Notes under the pieces: generated by a model
Seen by the model: the letters and a program-made list of their open reading frames with translations, nothing else
Databases searched by the model: none
Told to the model about the DNA's origin: nothing
Assembly (NCBI GenBank): GCA_965228855.1
Contig: CBDDIJ010000003.1
Coordinates: 3,424,001 to 3,488,000 of the forward strand
Reading direction: 5' to 3'
From: Candidatus Obscuribacterales bacterium
Lineage (GTDB): Bacteria > Cyanobacteriota > Vampirovibrionia > Obscuribacterales > Obscuribacteraceae
Length of the DNA stretch: 64,000 bases
Position numbers and translations under genes: made by a program
In this document: piece after piece, positions 50,513 through 60,745 of the stretch
Layout: each line of letters opens with the position of its first letter
Numbering within the stretch: position 1 is the first letter of the stretch

Positions 50513-50824
50513 ATGAGCCTTCCCGGATTCGTCTTTTTGCATGGAGCATGGCTTATAAAAAAGACTTTTCCACTCGCCCTTCCTAAAAATCGCCTCTCGA
50601 ATATAGAACAAGCATGTCAAAAACTTCTAACTAGAATGGACGCTCCCATGACAGCTCTTGCAAACACTCTCGAACGCATCGCTCTTAATCTAGAGCAGGA
50701 GCAAGTGTTTACTGAAATCATCTTCGATGAGTATGAGTATCTTCTGGAACTTGCAAACGATGTTTACATCGCATCGCTGGAAACCCATCTGGAAACAATG
50801 GAAAACATTCGCCCGATCCACTAG
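50513..50824 (+). CDS. Small acidic hypothetical protein
   Basis: ORF ends adjacent to the convergent gene. Start could be ATG 50636 or 50648. Confidence 0.4.
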   Translation: MSLPGFVFLHGAWLIKKTFPLALPKNRLSNIEQACQKLLTRMDAPMTALANTLERIALNLEQEQVFTEIIFDEYEYLLELANDVYIASLETHLETMENIRPIH

Positions 50825-51418
50825 TTACTGGTTTAAAAAGAAATCGCCTGTTACAGGATCGCGCGTCAAGTTTTCCCAGGCGGCCACCTCATGAAAGCGA
50901 ATTGGAATTGGCCCCGTCAAGCCTGGTATGCGGATATTCGTCCACGAGATTGAAACCAGGGGATGAATAGCGACATCGACTTTTAAATCGAGAAGATAAA
51001 CACATGGGCTATCCTTGCCTTCGGGCAAAACCCTCGCAGGAATCGTTTTCGGTGCGCGAAAAATTTCAATCTGCTTCGTTTTGGTCGATTCGATTGTCAT
51101 CGACAGTTCGGTTTCATTCACATCGATGCCGCCAATCGCATTCAGTTGTTGCCACTTAGAAGACTCGGATGTGACACTAGCCAGGGCTTCACTGAAAGAC
51201 TCGCTTCGGGCCAGTCTTCTCACTTCATTGGTCACGATCGATTTGCCCATCCCGTAGCGAACTGGAATGATCGCCATATTGAGAAGAGGTAGTACGACAC
51301 AACCAAACAGAATAAACAGTGCGGCACCAAATTCGGTGACTTGTGCCGCACCATATTCAGTTCTGCGGAATCGGGATCGTTTCACTATACCACTCGTTTT
51401 ACACCACCACTGTTTCAT
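50825..51418 (-). CDS. TadE-like pseudopilin
   Basis: Basic leader followed by GAAQVTEFGAALFILFG prepilin-like motif. Overlaps the upstream gene by 4 bp. Confidence 0.6.
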   Translation of the reverse strand: MKQWWCKTSGIVKRSRFRRTEYGAAQVTEFGAALFILFGCVVLPLLNMAIIPVRYGMGKSIVTNEVRRLARSESFSEALASVTSESSKWQQLNAIGGIDVNETELSMTIESTKTKQIEIFRAPKTIPARVLPEGKDSPCVYLLDLKVDVAIHPLVSISWTNIRIPGLTGPIPIRFHEVAAWENLTRDPVTGDFFLNQ

Positions 51419-52344
51419 TTAGCTGGAGGCAGAGCGCCGTTCGTACAGGCGGTACTCAGGCTCCTGGTTCCCGTCTCGACACCATTGACCACCTTGCTCT
51501 TCATTTTGACGGACATTAGCACTTGAACGCACGATGGCATTAACATGCTACTACCAATGGCATCATTTCCATTTTCCAGAATCGACACCGATGGTTTGAA
51601 ATGTTTTTCCGACACTAATCGCATAGGGGCAGCGCTTTCATTCACAGCCATAGGCAACGGAGACAACAGAAAGTCCAGGTCGTCGTCCGGAGCAGGCAAC
51701 TTTAACGACTTCCCTGCGACATAGAAATCGAAATCTTTGCCTCGTTTCAAGAATGAATGAGCCTGATCGTGTGCAATAAGTTCCGGCACTACATGCGGTG
51801 CTTGAACATTTGACTCCATGTTGTCCAAACTGCCTAGCTTGAAATCGAGAATCACGGGCTTATCAACGGCAGCATCAAACAACTCCACCTCACGACCAAG
51901 CGACGTTGTTTTCCCCTTCACTAGCTTTCGCATATCGGTGACAGTAGCGTTTACCAGCCGTTGCCGTTCATCTCCTACAATACGCGCGCCCTCTCGAGTT
52001 TGCTCCACATACTGCGCCGCCAGCTTCTCGTAGTCTCTAAAATGCGGGTTATTTAGGGTGACGTCATGCATGCGTCGCGCGGTAAAAACAAGCTCACGAG
52101 AGTCGCCTATCAAATTGTTGAGCCGCCCTACGTTATCATTCTCATTCAACTTTTGGGCAGCAATGAGTGCAACCTTCTCTCCTGAATCCTGCAACCGTTG
52201 ATTCGAAAAGAAGACAAGCTGAAACCAAAATGCAATTCCGGTTAGCACGAGAATCAGGCAGCCGATGGCTACGCACAAAAACAGCATGTTACCGCGCTCT
52301 TGTCGCAACTTTTCTCCAATCGCTATCTTTCTACTTTGACCCAA
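51415..52344 (-). CDS. TadG/Flp-pilus-assembly-like pseudopilin
   Basis: RQERG|NMLFLCVAIGCLILVL class III-like leader, then RLQDSGEKVALIAA helix. Confidence 0.55.
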   Translation of the reverse strand: MGQSRKIAIGEKLRQERGNMLFLCVAIGCLILVLTGIAFWFQLVFFSNQRLQDSGEKVALIAAQKLNENDNVGRLNNLIGDSRELVFTARRMHDVTLNNPHFRDYEKLAAQYVEQTREGARIVGDERQRLVNATVTDMRKLVKGKTTSLGREVELFDAAVDKPVILDFKLGSLDNMESNVQAPHVVPELIAHDQAHSFLKRGKDFDFYVAGKSLKLPAPDDDLDFLLSPLPMAVNESAAPMRLVSEKHFKPSVSILENGNDAIGSSMLMPSCVQVLMSVKMKSKVVNGVETGTRSLSTACTNGALPPAK

Positions 52345-52348
52345 AACA

Positions 52349-53326
52349 TCAGTTAGTCGCTGCAGAATCAGGATTGACCATCAAACTTGATTCGTCGACG
52401 GCTTCGAAATCGTTCCCAGTTAAGGCTTTCAATGCGTTTAAATCATCGTCGTTCCAACGCGGGTCTGAAGCTCCAGTGACATACCAGTTGGAACCACCGT
52501 CGCAGTAAAACATTCCGTATTCCTTGAGCGCGTTCAAAATCGCTTTGTTAGTGGTTGAGAAGCTGGAAGTATTGAAACTCGCCTTGAGTCTGAATCGAGC
52601 ACCGAATGGAGGTGCGCCTGCAGTTTGCGTTCCGGCCAGGTGACGAGCTGGCCAGATGTAACCATTCATCATTCGCCCGGTGAATCTCAGAGCGTGATGG
52701 ATGGTACCAGACGCCGCTTCATCGTAGTTAACCAGCAGAGGAAAAATAGGAAGACCGGCTGCATCTGCAGATGTCCATGTGTTAGGGCGCAAAGAGTTTG
52801 AATCCAGATGAAAGATCGCCCCCGAACCGGCAAAGTATTTACTCCCTTTATTGCGAGTGTAATAAAGCTCATACAGAGTCTTGGAAGGCGGATGAATCAT
52901 TAGGACATGTCGGTCTCCGCCGTTCTTCTTTATATTCCAATTATTGCCCTCTATCTTTAGCTTTTTCGACACCGGGTACGGACCGGCGTCACTTTCGTCT
53001 TCGTAGTCGAACGAGACGTTGTAAAACCTGAGCGCTCTCTTCGCATCTTGCACTACATTGTAGGGAATCCCGTACTCTAGAGGACTTCCCCAGTCCGGAT
53101 GAAAATGTGACGTCGGAGTCAACGCATTAACCCAGTCAGAGGAGTTTGCATGAACCGGCAACCCGTCGATTTTTGTGTTCCAAACCGCGTTAGCTGGAAA
53201 GATCTGCACTCCGGCCACAGTCTGCTGGGCGCTTGCAGACAGGGGTGGAGCGATAATGCAAAGCGAAGCAATAAATGAAGCTGGTAAAAGTAGCGCAAGA
53301 GACTTGAGATGTTTGAGTCTAAACAT
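52349..53326 (-). CDS. Secreted conserved hypothetical protein
   Basis: AGGAGG RBS before ATG 53326. Signal peptide ASA-Q. FPANAVWNT...GDRH...SADAAGLP...HALRF motifs. Confidence 0.7.
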   Translation of the reverse strand: MFRLKHLKSLALLLPASFIASLCIIAPPLSASAQQTVAGVQIFPANAVWNTKIDGLPVHANSSDWVNALTPTSHFHPDWGSPLEYGIPYNVVQDAKRALRFYNVSFDYEDESDAGPYPVSKKLKIEGNNWNIKKNGGDRHVLMIHPPSKTLYELYYTRNKGSKYFAGSGAIFHLDSNSLRPNTWTSADAAGLPIFPLLVNYDEAASGTIHHALRFTGRMMNGYIWPARHLAGTQTAGAPPFGARFRLKASFNTSSFSTTNKAILNALKEYGMFYCDGGSNWYVTGASDPRWNDDDLNALKALTGNDFEAVDESSLMVNPDSAATN

Positions 53327-53647
53327 GCACGACCTCCTGAAGAGAGGTAGGTAAGTATGGCAACCCGGTGAATCCGGCATGTATCTAGTACGTAGTAAGT
53401 TCTAAAGTTAGGCTATTCGATCACGCTATCATTGCTTTCGAAACACTGTCAAGCTTGAGCCCTATATGCAAACCTATACAACTGTTGAGGTTCTCCAACG
53501 CTTAACTTAGGAAACTCCTTGAGCCACCGTCGATGCGGGACTCTTAGAGAGACAAGCAGCGAGAGACACTTTCTCCTCTACTGGGCACAATCCAAGTAAC
53601 AGCGAGAACTCTTCCACCTAAAACCGACAAGCGCGACTCCATATCTC

Positions 53648-54298
53648 ATGCGACTTAGTAGTAAAAAAACAACAGCCCTCTCACTTGCTCTGAGTTCGCT
53701 GCTGCTGCAATCATCCGGATTGGATCAATCATCAACTCTTCAACGGCGAGAACGAAAGCCCCTGCCACCACAACTGGTGGATTACGCACAATACGACGAT
53801 GTGGTCGTACTCCACTGCGAAGAACAACCAGGTTACTTAAAATTCGACGGCGTTCAACTAAAACCGGTTGTCCGCGTTCGCGTCAACGTCCGCGTCAACA
53901 CCAGGGAAAACCGCTGGGCGCCCGAGCAAAAATATGAAGAACTCTGGTTCAAGGAGGGAACTCCCATCGGAAGCAAGGTTTTAACGTCCTCGCCAATCAA
54001 GGAGCGACATGAAGTTGGCATCTTTTTGAAAGATGGCAGCGATATTTTAAATGACGGCGAAATAGCCGCATGCGCAAGCGTGCTTGTGAGACTGCGTCTG
54101 GAAGCCAATCTCAATAAGAATCAAATTCTGACAGTACGAATTCCGTCGACCATTTTCGAGAGATTGAAGCTCGAACTGCAAAAACAAAATTTTGTTTCGT
54201 ACAGAGAAAATAGTTTGACTATCAGAACTCTCATCCCCATCCCGCTTGAGAGCGAGTTCGGCAAACGAGAAGTCATGTCGTTTATGCCGCGCGACTAG
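53648..54298 (+). CDS. Hypothetical protein, probably exported
   Basis: 216 aa ORF with hydrophobic N-terminus. Confidence 0.55.
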   Translation: MRLSSKKTTALSLALSSLLLQSSGLDQSSTLQRRERKPLPPQLVDYAQYDDVVVLHCEEQPGYLKFDGVQLKPVVRVRVNVRVNTRENRWAPEQKYEELWFKEGTPIGSKVLTSSPIKERHEVGIFLKDGSDILNDGEIAACASVLVRLRLEANLNKNQILTVRIPSTIFERLKLELQKQNFVSYRENSLTIRTLIPIPLESEFGKREVMSFMPRD

Positions 54299-54357
54299 TT
54301 TCGAGAAAGGCACAGATTTTTACTTCGTACTAGAATCGAATTAGTGCAGGAAATTCG

Positions 54358-55440
54358 ATGTTGAAAGAACGTGTCCTATTCTCGGTTTTGCTCGGTCTGT
54401 CATTGCTCGCTTTGCAGACGTTCATCTTGCCGCAAACTTGTTTGTCACAATTGTTGCCCGGCGGAAAAACCGTTTTCGCCCTCCCTGAAGCAGATGCGCA
54501 AGTCAGCCGCTTTGGCGAAGAGGCCAAGCACCACACTCTAGAAGTCGGCGATGCAACCTTTGAAATTTGCCAGAAGGAAGGCAAGTTGAGCGTTTCACAA
54601 AACAACATTGACGACTACGTACGCGATGCCGCACGTGCAGTCATGGCCTACTACGGCGAATTCCCTGTAAAGAAGACAATCGTGGTAATCGAGCCTACCG
54701 ATGAATACGGCGTGGGATTTGCAACGTCTACGTTTGAAGACGATGGCGGACACGGGTTGATCGAAATTGAAATCGGACGAGGCGCAACCTGCAAGCAATT
54801 GCGCACGAGCTGGACGTTAACCCACGAAATGATGCACCTTGCCTTCCCGATAATGGGAAGACGCCATCGCTGGCTTGCCGAAGGTATTGCCACTTATGTG
54901 GAACCAATTGGCCGCATGCGCATCGGCAAACTTTCAAATGAGGACGTCTGGAAAGATCTGGCGGATAACTTGCACAAAGGCTTACCGTCTGGTATCGACG
55001 ACGGCGGTTTAAACCAGGTCCAAGGTCGACGGCGTCTTTACTGGGGTGGTGCACTTTACTGCCTGGTCGCCGACGTCTCGATTCGCAAACAAACCCGAAA
55101 TCGAATGGGTCTGGAAGAGGCCTTGCGTGCAGTCGCCGATATGGGCGGAACCGCCGCTTCCGATTGGGACGCCGAAAAATCTTTACGCGTAGCTGACGGC
55201 GCAATAGGTGCCAGGGTCCTTCAAGATCTTTATGACGAGATGGCCGAATCTCCAGGCAGCGTAGACATTCCGGAGTTGCTGACCCAACTAGGAGTGGAAC
55301 AGTCAGGGGAAACGATGTTTATCAATGAAGAAGCGCCCCTTGCGCCGATTCGTAGAGCAATTGAAAGAGGCACAGCGACGAGTCTTTCACAATCGTTTCA
55401 TGACGCCACCACAGACGGTACCGCACCTTCGGTAAACTAG
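54358..55440 (+). CDS. Secreted gluzincin-type zinc metallopeptidase (M1/M61-like)
   Basis: THEMMH...WLAEGIATY (HExxH plus downstream E), YWGGAL, signal peptide. Confidence 0.75.
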   Translation: MLKERVLFSVLLGLSLLALQTFILPQTCLSQLLPGGKTVFALPEADAQVSRFGEEAKHHTLEVGDATFEICQKEGKLSVSQNNIDDYVRDAARAVMAYYGEFPVKKTIVVIEPTDEYGVGFATSTFEDDGGHGLIEIEIGRGATCKQLRTSWTLTHEMMHLAFPIMGRRHRWLAEGIATYVEPIGRMRIGKLSNEDVWKDLADNLHKGLPSGIDDGGLNQVQGRRRLYWGGALYCLVADVSIRKQTRNRMGLEEALRAVADMGGTAASDWDAEKSLRVADGAIGARVLQDLYDEMAESPGSVDIPELLTQLGVEQSGETMFINEEAPLAPIRRAIERGTATSLSQSFHDATTDGTAPSVN

Positions 55441-55486
55441 GACGCATCCCCGTTCAGTCCTCCAGCAACCAGACGGGGTTGGGTGT

Positions 55487-57592
55487 TTATTTCTTATCTT
55501 CTTTGGTGGCCACATGATAGAGCACATAAGCCATCGTCGCGAAGAAACCTACTCCGAGTAGCTGATAGCCACTCTCGCCGATTGCATTGGCAATCGCATG
55601 CTCAGCGCTGATACTCTGCATTGCCTTGTAGATTTCCGGAGGAATGGAAACAAGAGCTATTATGACACCGGCCAGCGCCCCGCCGGCAACGAGACCTGTG
55701 GCGAACAAACTTCCGTTGCCCAGATCGTCCTCTGCGGTTTCGATTTCGTGGTCCGCAGTTTTCTTCCCAACGCTCTTAATTCGCAAATCAACAAATTTGC
55801 GAATCACCCCTCCAATGAAAATCGGCAATGTAGTGGACAAAGGAAGGTAAGCTCCGACTGCGAAATTCAAAGCATTGACTCCGCACAACTCCATAGTCAC
55901 AGCAAGGAAGACGCCGCAAAGTACAAAGTTCCAATCAAGGTTCAACGACAGCATTCCTTTGATCAATGTCGCCATTAAAGTTCCCTGGGGTGCGGGAAAC
56001 TTGTCGCTGCCAATGGCGTGCTGGATGCCAGCCGCTATCATGTCCGGCGAAGGCGTATCAAGCAGCTTCACGGTCAAACCAATCACCAGGGAAGCCACCA
56101 CTGCACCAATGAACAAGCATATTTGCTGATACTTCGGAGTGGCGCCCACTATAAAACCGGTTTTCAAATCTTGCGACGTCGCGCCACCATTGGCGGCGGC
56201 TATGCAGACGATACCACCGACAACGAGCACCATAGGCTCATAGAGGTTGCCGGTAAGACCAAAGCCGATAAAGACGAGTGAAGTAGCCATCAATGTCGCA
56301 ATCGTCATTCCCGAGATCGGATTGCTGCTGGAACCTATAATTCCAACGATGCGACTTGAAACAGTTACGAAGAAGAAACCGAATACTACAACGAGTAAAC
56401 CGATAAGAACCTTTTGCAAAAGGTTGTCGCCCGGAATCTGCGGCAACGCTACCATTAGAATCACTAATATAGTTGAACCGATGAGAACGGTTTTGGCGTC
56501 TAAGTCGTTCTCAGTTCTCAACTTTGCGCCGCCGCCTCCGACTCCCTTGAATGAGCCCAGGCTGTCGCGGAAGGATGAAACAATCGTTGGAATTGTTTTC
56601 AACAATGTCATAAAACCACCGGCAGCTACAGCACCAGCGCCAATTTGACGAACATAGGCGCGATAAACCGCGTCGGCGGTGTTCGCGAAGGTATGAGTAG
56701 CCGGATCCCAACCGGACGTGCCACCAGCAGTAGTGACACTGGCGAGATAGCCAAGCTTCACGAGCTGTTCAGCGATTCGATCCGGTGATACAAGACCGGC
56801 AAGCAACGGTATGAGCCCGAGCCAGGAGAGAACGCCACCTGCGACGAGACACCCGGCAATCTTGAAACCAACAATGTAACCGACACCTAGATACTCGGGA
56901 GTGAATTCACCACTTAAGGTAGCCGACGGCAAGAACTTATTTGTCTGTTTCGTGACATATGTCGGAGCCTCGGCGATTACATGAAAGACGTTCCGCAATA
57001 ATGCATAAACCATCGCAAATCCAAGGCCCTGATAAGCGGTCTTGGCGAACTCGCCGCCTTTGTCTCCTGCGATTAGCACCGAACCACATGCGGTCCCTTC
57101 CGGATAAGGCAGCTTACCATGCTCTTTTACAATCAGAGAGCGACGCAGCGGAATCATCATGAGCGTGCCGAGCACACCACCTAGTGCCGCCAGTAAGAAG
57201 ATCGTCCAGTAGTTGAAGAACGGCGCGCCAACACTCTCTCCGTTGGTTGCCATTGACAAAAACAAAAATCCGGTAAGAGTAAAGACCACTCCGGAGGCAA
57301 TCGATTCGCCGGCCGAAGCAGTTGTTTGAATGATATTGTTCTCGAGAATGGTGGTGTTCATGAACTTTCGACCGAGCGAAATGGCAAGCACCGCCACTGG
57401 TATCGAAGCAGATACGGTTAACCCAGCCTTGAGCGCCAGGTAGACAGATGCGGCTCCGAATAAAATTCCAAAGATGCATCCCAGAACAATCGCACGCGGC
57501 GTGAACTCCTTCATCACCGCTTCAGACGCGATGTATGGCTTGAAGTCAAGGACTTCGTCTTGCGGATTAGTACTGTCAACCTGCATAGTCAC
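55487..57592 (-). CDS. OPT-family oligopeptide transporter
   Basis: [53 protein letters not shown]. Many TM helices. Confidence 0.92.
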   Translation of the reverse strand: MTMQVDSTNPQDEVLDFKPYIASEAVMKEFTPRAIVLGCIFGILFGAASVYLALKAGLTVSASIPVAVLAISLGRKFMNTTILENNIIQTTASAGESIASGVVFTLTGFLFLSMATNGESVGAPFFNYWTIFLLAALGGVLGTLMMIPLRRSLIVKEHGKLPYPEGTACGSVLIAGDKGGEFAKTAYQGLGFAMVYALLRNVFHVIAEAPTYVTKQTNKFLPSATLSGEFTPEYLGVGYIVGFKIAGCLVAGGVLSWLGLIPLLAGLVSPDRIAEQLVKLGYLASVTTAGGTSGWDPATHTFANTADAVYRAYVRQIGAGAVAAGGFMTLLKTIPTIVSSFRDSLGSFKGVGGGGAKLRTENDLDAKTVLIGSTILVILMVALPQIPGDNLLQKVLIGLLVVVFGFFFVTVSSRIVGIIGSSSNPISGMTIATLMATSLVFIGFGLTGNLYEPMVLVVGGIVCIAAANGGATSQDLKTGFIVGATPKYQQICLFIGAVVASLVIGLTVKLLDTPSPDMIAAGIQHAIGSDKFPAPQGTLMATLIKGMLSLNLDWNFVLCGVFLAVTMELCGVNALNFAVGAYLPLSTTLPIFIGGVIRKFVDLRIKSVGKKTADHEIETAEDDLGNGSLFATGLVAGGALAGVIIALVSIPPEIYKAMQSISAEHAIANAIGESGYQLLGVGFFATMAYVLYHVATKEDKK

Positions 57593-57643
57593 GCCTCTTC
57601 AAAAAACTTGCATGACTACTGTACACTACCTAAACTTTCAGAG

Positions 57644-58168
57644 TTACGGATGGAAAGAGTTCAAGAAGCGGTTTGCATCGGCATTCTTAGGGTCCTGCGT
57701 TGTCACTTCCACGTAGTACAAGCCGACTTTGTTGACGTAGAATCTGTCAAGAACAAGTGCTTTCCCTACCTGCGCTTGAAACTGAAGACCCTGGCCGTTC
57801 TCAACAGGAAACGCTCCGTTGAATTGAAAATTCGCAGGCATCTTCATTTGCGCAAATTGTTGCTGATTAGCCTGAATTACACGTTGAGCAAAAGACGTAA
57901 CTACTTTCTCGTCGGTCAATCCTTGCTGCTGATCCTTTTCGAAATCCCGTTTCAAAATTCCAACTCGAAACGACAGCTTTTGCTCGGGCTTTTGCGCCAG
58001 ATACATCACCATCCCCTGGTCCTCAACTTGTTTGATTGGCTCCGGCATTTCGAAGGAAACGGTTGCACCGTCAATAGACATTTTCTTCCAGCCGTCGGTA
58101 CTGCATCCCGCAATAAGAGCGGCACTGCAAAGGACGAAACTTAACGGCAGGATTGTGTTCTTTCTCAT
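57644..58168 (-). CDS. Lipoprotein (PsbP/DcrB-like fold possible)
   Basis: Lipobox IAGC. C-terminal ANRFLNSF. Confidence 0.65.
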   Translation of the reverse strand: MRKNTILPLSFVLCSAALIAGCSTDGWKKMSIDGATVSFEMPEPIKQVEDQGMVMYLAQKPEQKLSFRVGILKRDFEKDQQQGLTDEKVVTSFAQRVIQANQQQFAQMKMPANFQFNGAFPVENGQGLQFQAQVGKALVLDRFYVNKVGLYYVEVTTQDPKNADANRFLNSFHP

Positions 58169-58179
58169 TTTCTGTCCTC

Positions 58180-58779
58180 TTAGTGCGACGATTTATCTAC
58201 GAAGAATTCCACGGGTCCCCTGAGTTTTGGAATTTTCACAAGCTCATACGGCTGGGTCATTGCCTCAGCTGCCTTGGTTCCAGGCAGAGGGCTATTAATC
58301 TTGTAAAAAACTTTGGCACCAAGCGCGGTGCGATAGACTTGCAGAATTTCAACACTATAACCCTCGCTCGGTTTCTGTCCGGCAAATACACCGAGTACGG
58401 TTTCCTTTTCGAAATCGACAATCGGAGAAGTCTTCTCCACGCCTTTTACTCTGTGACGCGTTAGAAGTCGCTCCCAGATACTTTTCTGGTTTACCAGCAC
58501 CGTGTCGAAAGATACGATCCCGCTGCGGCTTCCACTTTCCAGTTTCTCGAAGTTTATGGACGGCAAAGCTTTTTTCAGGGGAGCTGGTTTAGCCGCCGGC
58601 ATAGCAACCGGAACCATACGAGGCAGCGGTTTCTTCGATGAGACTTTGCTTTTCTTCTCCGAACGAGCATCGACAGAGGCGACCGGCAAAGTAGCGCAAG
58701 CCACGGTCCAACACATAAGGACTCCAACAAAACAGAAATTTCCGAACTGACTAAATCGCATATTTTGACCCCGCGGCAA
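58180..58779 (-). CDS. PrcB C-terminal domain family protein
   Basis: VDFEKETVLGVFAGQKPSEGYSVEI...AMTQPYELVKIPK. Confidence 0.75.
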   Translation of the reverse strand: MPRGQNMRFSQFGNFCFVGVLMCWTVACATLPVASVDARSEKKSKVSSKKPLPRMVPVAMPAAKPAPLKKALPSINFEKLESGSRSGIVSFDTVLVNQKSIWERLLTRHRVKGVEKTSPIVDFEKETVLGVFAGQKPSEGYSVEILQVYRTALGAKVFYKINSPLPGTKAAEAMTQPYELVKIPKLRGPVEFFVDKSSH

Positions 58780-58972
58780 AGGCCTGAACAGTCATTATAA
58801 ATTGTTGTGCTGACAAGAGCGACTGCCATTTCTTCAGCCTTTTAATCGAAATGTTTCATATATAATACGTACGCTTCTAATGGGCTATATGGGGTATGTA
58901 AATAACGAGTCGGCAGCCCACTTTAGAAAATTCATGCTGTCATCGCTGTAATCCCGCAATAGAGTTGATTTT

Positions 58973-60436
58973 ATGACTTACGAACAATGCCAAGTTTGCG
59001 GCAAAATCAAGGGTATCGAATGCAATGGTCACGATAACCCGAACACAAGCAAGTCGCGTCTCGACGCCATCCGCGCGGCGAACCCGGCACAACGCTCGAT
59101 TGTGACCGAAAAACCTTCACCGGGCTTGAGCCTCAAAGAACAGCTAGACGCAATCCCCTCGCCCGGCGGCGAAGGCGGAGGCGCACCAGCCGCCAGTGCC
59201 GGAAGTGGATTGGGTCTGAAGAAACAACCTGACCCTACCGCAAACATTCTCGGACGTAAGACGAATGCTGGTAATGACGACATTAAAAACCAACTAGACT
59301 CGATACCGACACCAGGCGCGGGGGGAGCGCCGAAAGCCGCGCCCGGCGGCGGTGGCATCGACCTGTCGGCACTGGACGCTATTCCGACGCCTGGCGCCGG
59401 TGGCGCCAAACCGGCTCCGGCTCCTGCGCCGCGACCAGATCCGGCCCCGCGCCCGGCAGCAGGAGGATTCAATCCGGCAGACCTGGACTCCATTCCAACT
59501 CCCGGTTCTGCGCCTAAACACCCCCCGCAGCAAGCGCAACCGCCGGCTGCAGCTGCAGGCGGATTTGATTTATCAGCCCTCGATGCCATACCGACACCCG
59601 GTTCCGGCGGTAGCGCCAAACCCAGTCTATCAGCCAGACCAGCACCAGCCGCCAATCCAGCGGCCGCAGGCGGTTTTGACCCATCGGCTCTCGATTCGAT
59701 CCCAACACCTGGCGCTGGCGGCTCAGGTCAGATGCCTGAGCCTGGCGGCGGCGGCTCCGGTGCATATGACCTTTCCGCCCTGGAAGCCATACCGACACCT
59801 GGAAACAAACCGGGTGGAGGCGCCCCCTCCCGTCCAACGGGTGAGACACCTCAGTGGATGCGTAATTTCGAGCAACATCAAACCGCGATTTCAACGACCC
59901 AATACGGCGGTGAACAACCGGGGGGCTTTGGCGGCAACAGCTATGGTGCTGGTGGCGGCTACAACGAACCGGCGCCCATGTCCTATGGTTCAAGTCGCGG
60001 CGGCGAGTCTGCTCCACCGCAGGGGAGCATGTACAACATGATTATCATGCTAGTGGTGATCATCTGTATCGCTCTATTCGGTTACATAATGATTGCCAAA
60101 CCAGCTCCGGTCGATTTGCCGTCGGACGGCAGCACTCCTGCGTCCACAGCTCCAACCAGCTCGCCGGCACCGGTCGCGTCACCATCAGTACAAACACCGC
60201 CACCGGTTCAGACCCCAAATCCTTACACAACTCCGGTCCCCGGCTCTCCGCAGGGCATGCCGATGCAGCCCACACCAGTCCCGGGCTCACCACAAGGGAT
60301 GCAGCCCCAGGGCACCACAATTGACCCCAATACAATGCAACAACAAATGCAGCAAGTCCCACAGGGAATTAATCCGGTGCCTGTCCAACAGGGCAACAAC
60401 CCCGTCATTCCGGTTCAACAGGGAAATAACCCCTGA
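58973..60436 (+). CDS. Pro/Gly-rich single-pass membrane protein with LD(A/S)IPTPG repeats
   Basis: N-terminal CxxC-x6-C-x2-H, seven L(D/E)(A/S)IP(T/S)PG repeats, one TM helix, P/Q-rich C-terminus. Confidence 0.75.
   Translation: MTYEQCQVCGKIKGIECNGHDNPNTSKSRLDAIRAANPAQRSIVTEKPSPGLSLKEQLDAIPSPGGEGGGAPAASAGSGLGLKKQPDPTANILGRKTNAGNDDIKNQLDSIPTPGAGGAPKAAPGGGGIDLSALDAIPTPGAGGAKPAPAPAPRPDPAPRPAAGGFNPADLDSIPTPGSAPKHPPQQAQPPAAAAGGFDLSALDAIPTPGSGGSAKPSLSARPAPAANPAAAGGFDPSALDSIPTPGAGGSGQMPEPGGGGSGAYDLSALEAIPTPGNKPGGGAPSRPTGETPQWMRNFEQHQTAISTTQYGGEQPGGFGGNSYGAGGGYNEPAPMSYGSSRGGESAPPQGSMYNMIIMLVVIICIALFGYIMIAKPAPVDLPSDGSTPASTAPTSSPAPVASPSVQTPPPVQTPNPYTTPVPGSPQGMPMQPTPVPGSPQGMQPQGTTIDPNTMQQQMQQVPQGINPVPVQQGNNPVIPVQQGNNP
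59140..59805 (+). repeat. Dispersed coding repeat, 7 copies encoding L(D/E)(A/S)IP(T/S)PG
   Basis: Visible in the translation. DNA copies differ mainly at synonymous sites. Confidence 0.8.
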
Positions 60437-60745
60437 TAGAACCACATGCGGTATCGCACGAAACCCCAATATCACTACTGCCAAACGCACTAACCTCACG
60501 GAGTTGAGTGTGAGAATTACGTGTTGCGCACTTCGTTACAATGATCCGTTTTGAAAACAGAATGGATCACAGTTCTCAAATCGCTTGTCACACAAACGTT
60601 TTCAGGTTCGCCACCCACCCTGCGATCATCTTGACGCCATTTCGAACTGGGGTTAAGTTACAGACACAGCAAGCGTTTTCAAATTTCCACAAAAACAACC
60701 GCCACGAAGTGTTTCAGCAACTTCTGCCGGTGTCTTTCTGCGTGC

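Noticed and set aside
59140..59805. CRISPR-like regularly spaced repeats
   Set aside because: The repeats are in-frame coding, vary at synonymous positions, have irregular spacing, and there are no cas genes.
59352..60041. Long alternative-frame and antisense ORFs (also 59029-59655, 12597-13454, 30837-31541, 49301-49987)
   Set aside because: Shadow ORFs fully overlapping well-supported genes, with no recognisable motifs.
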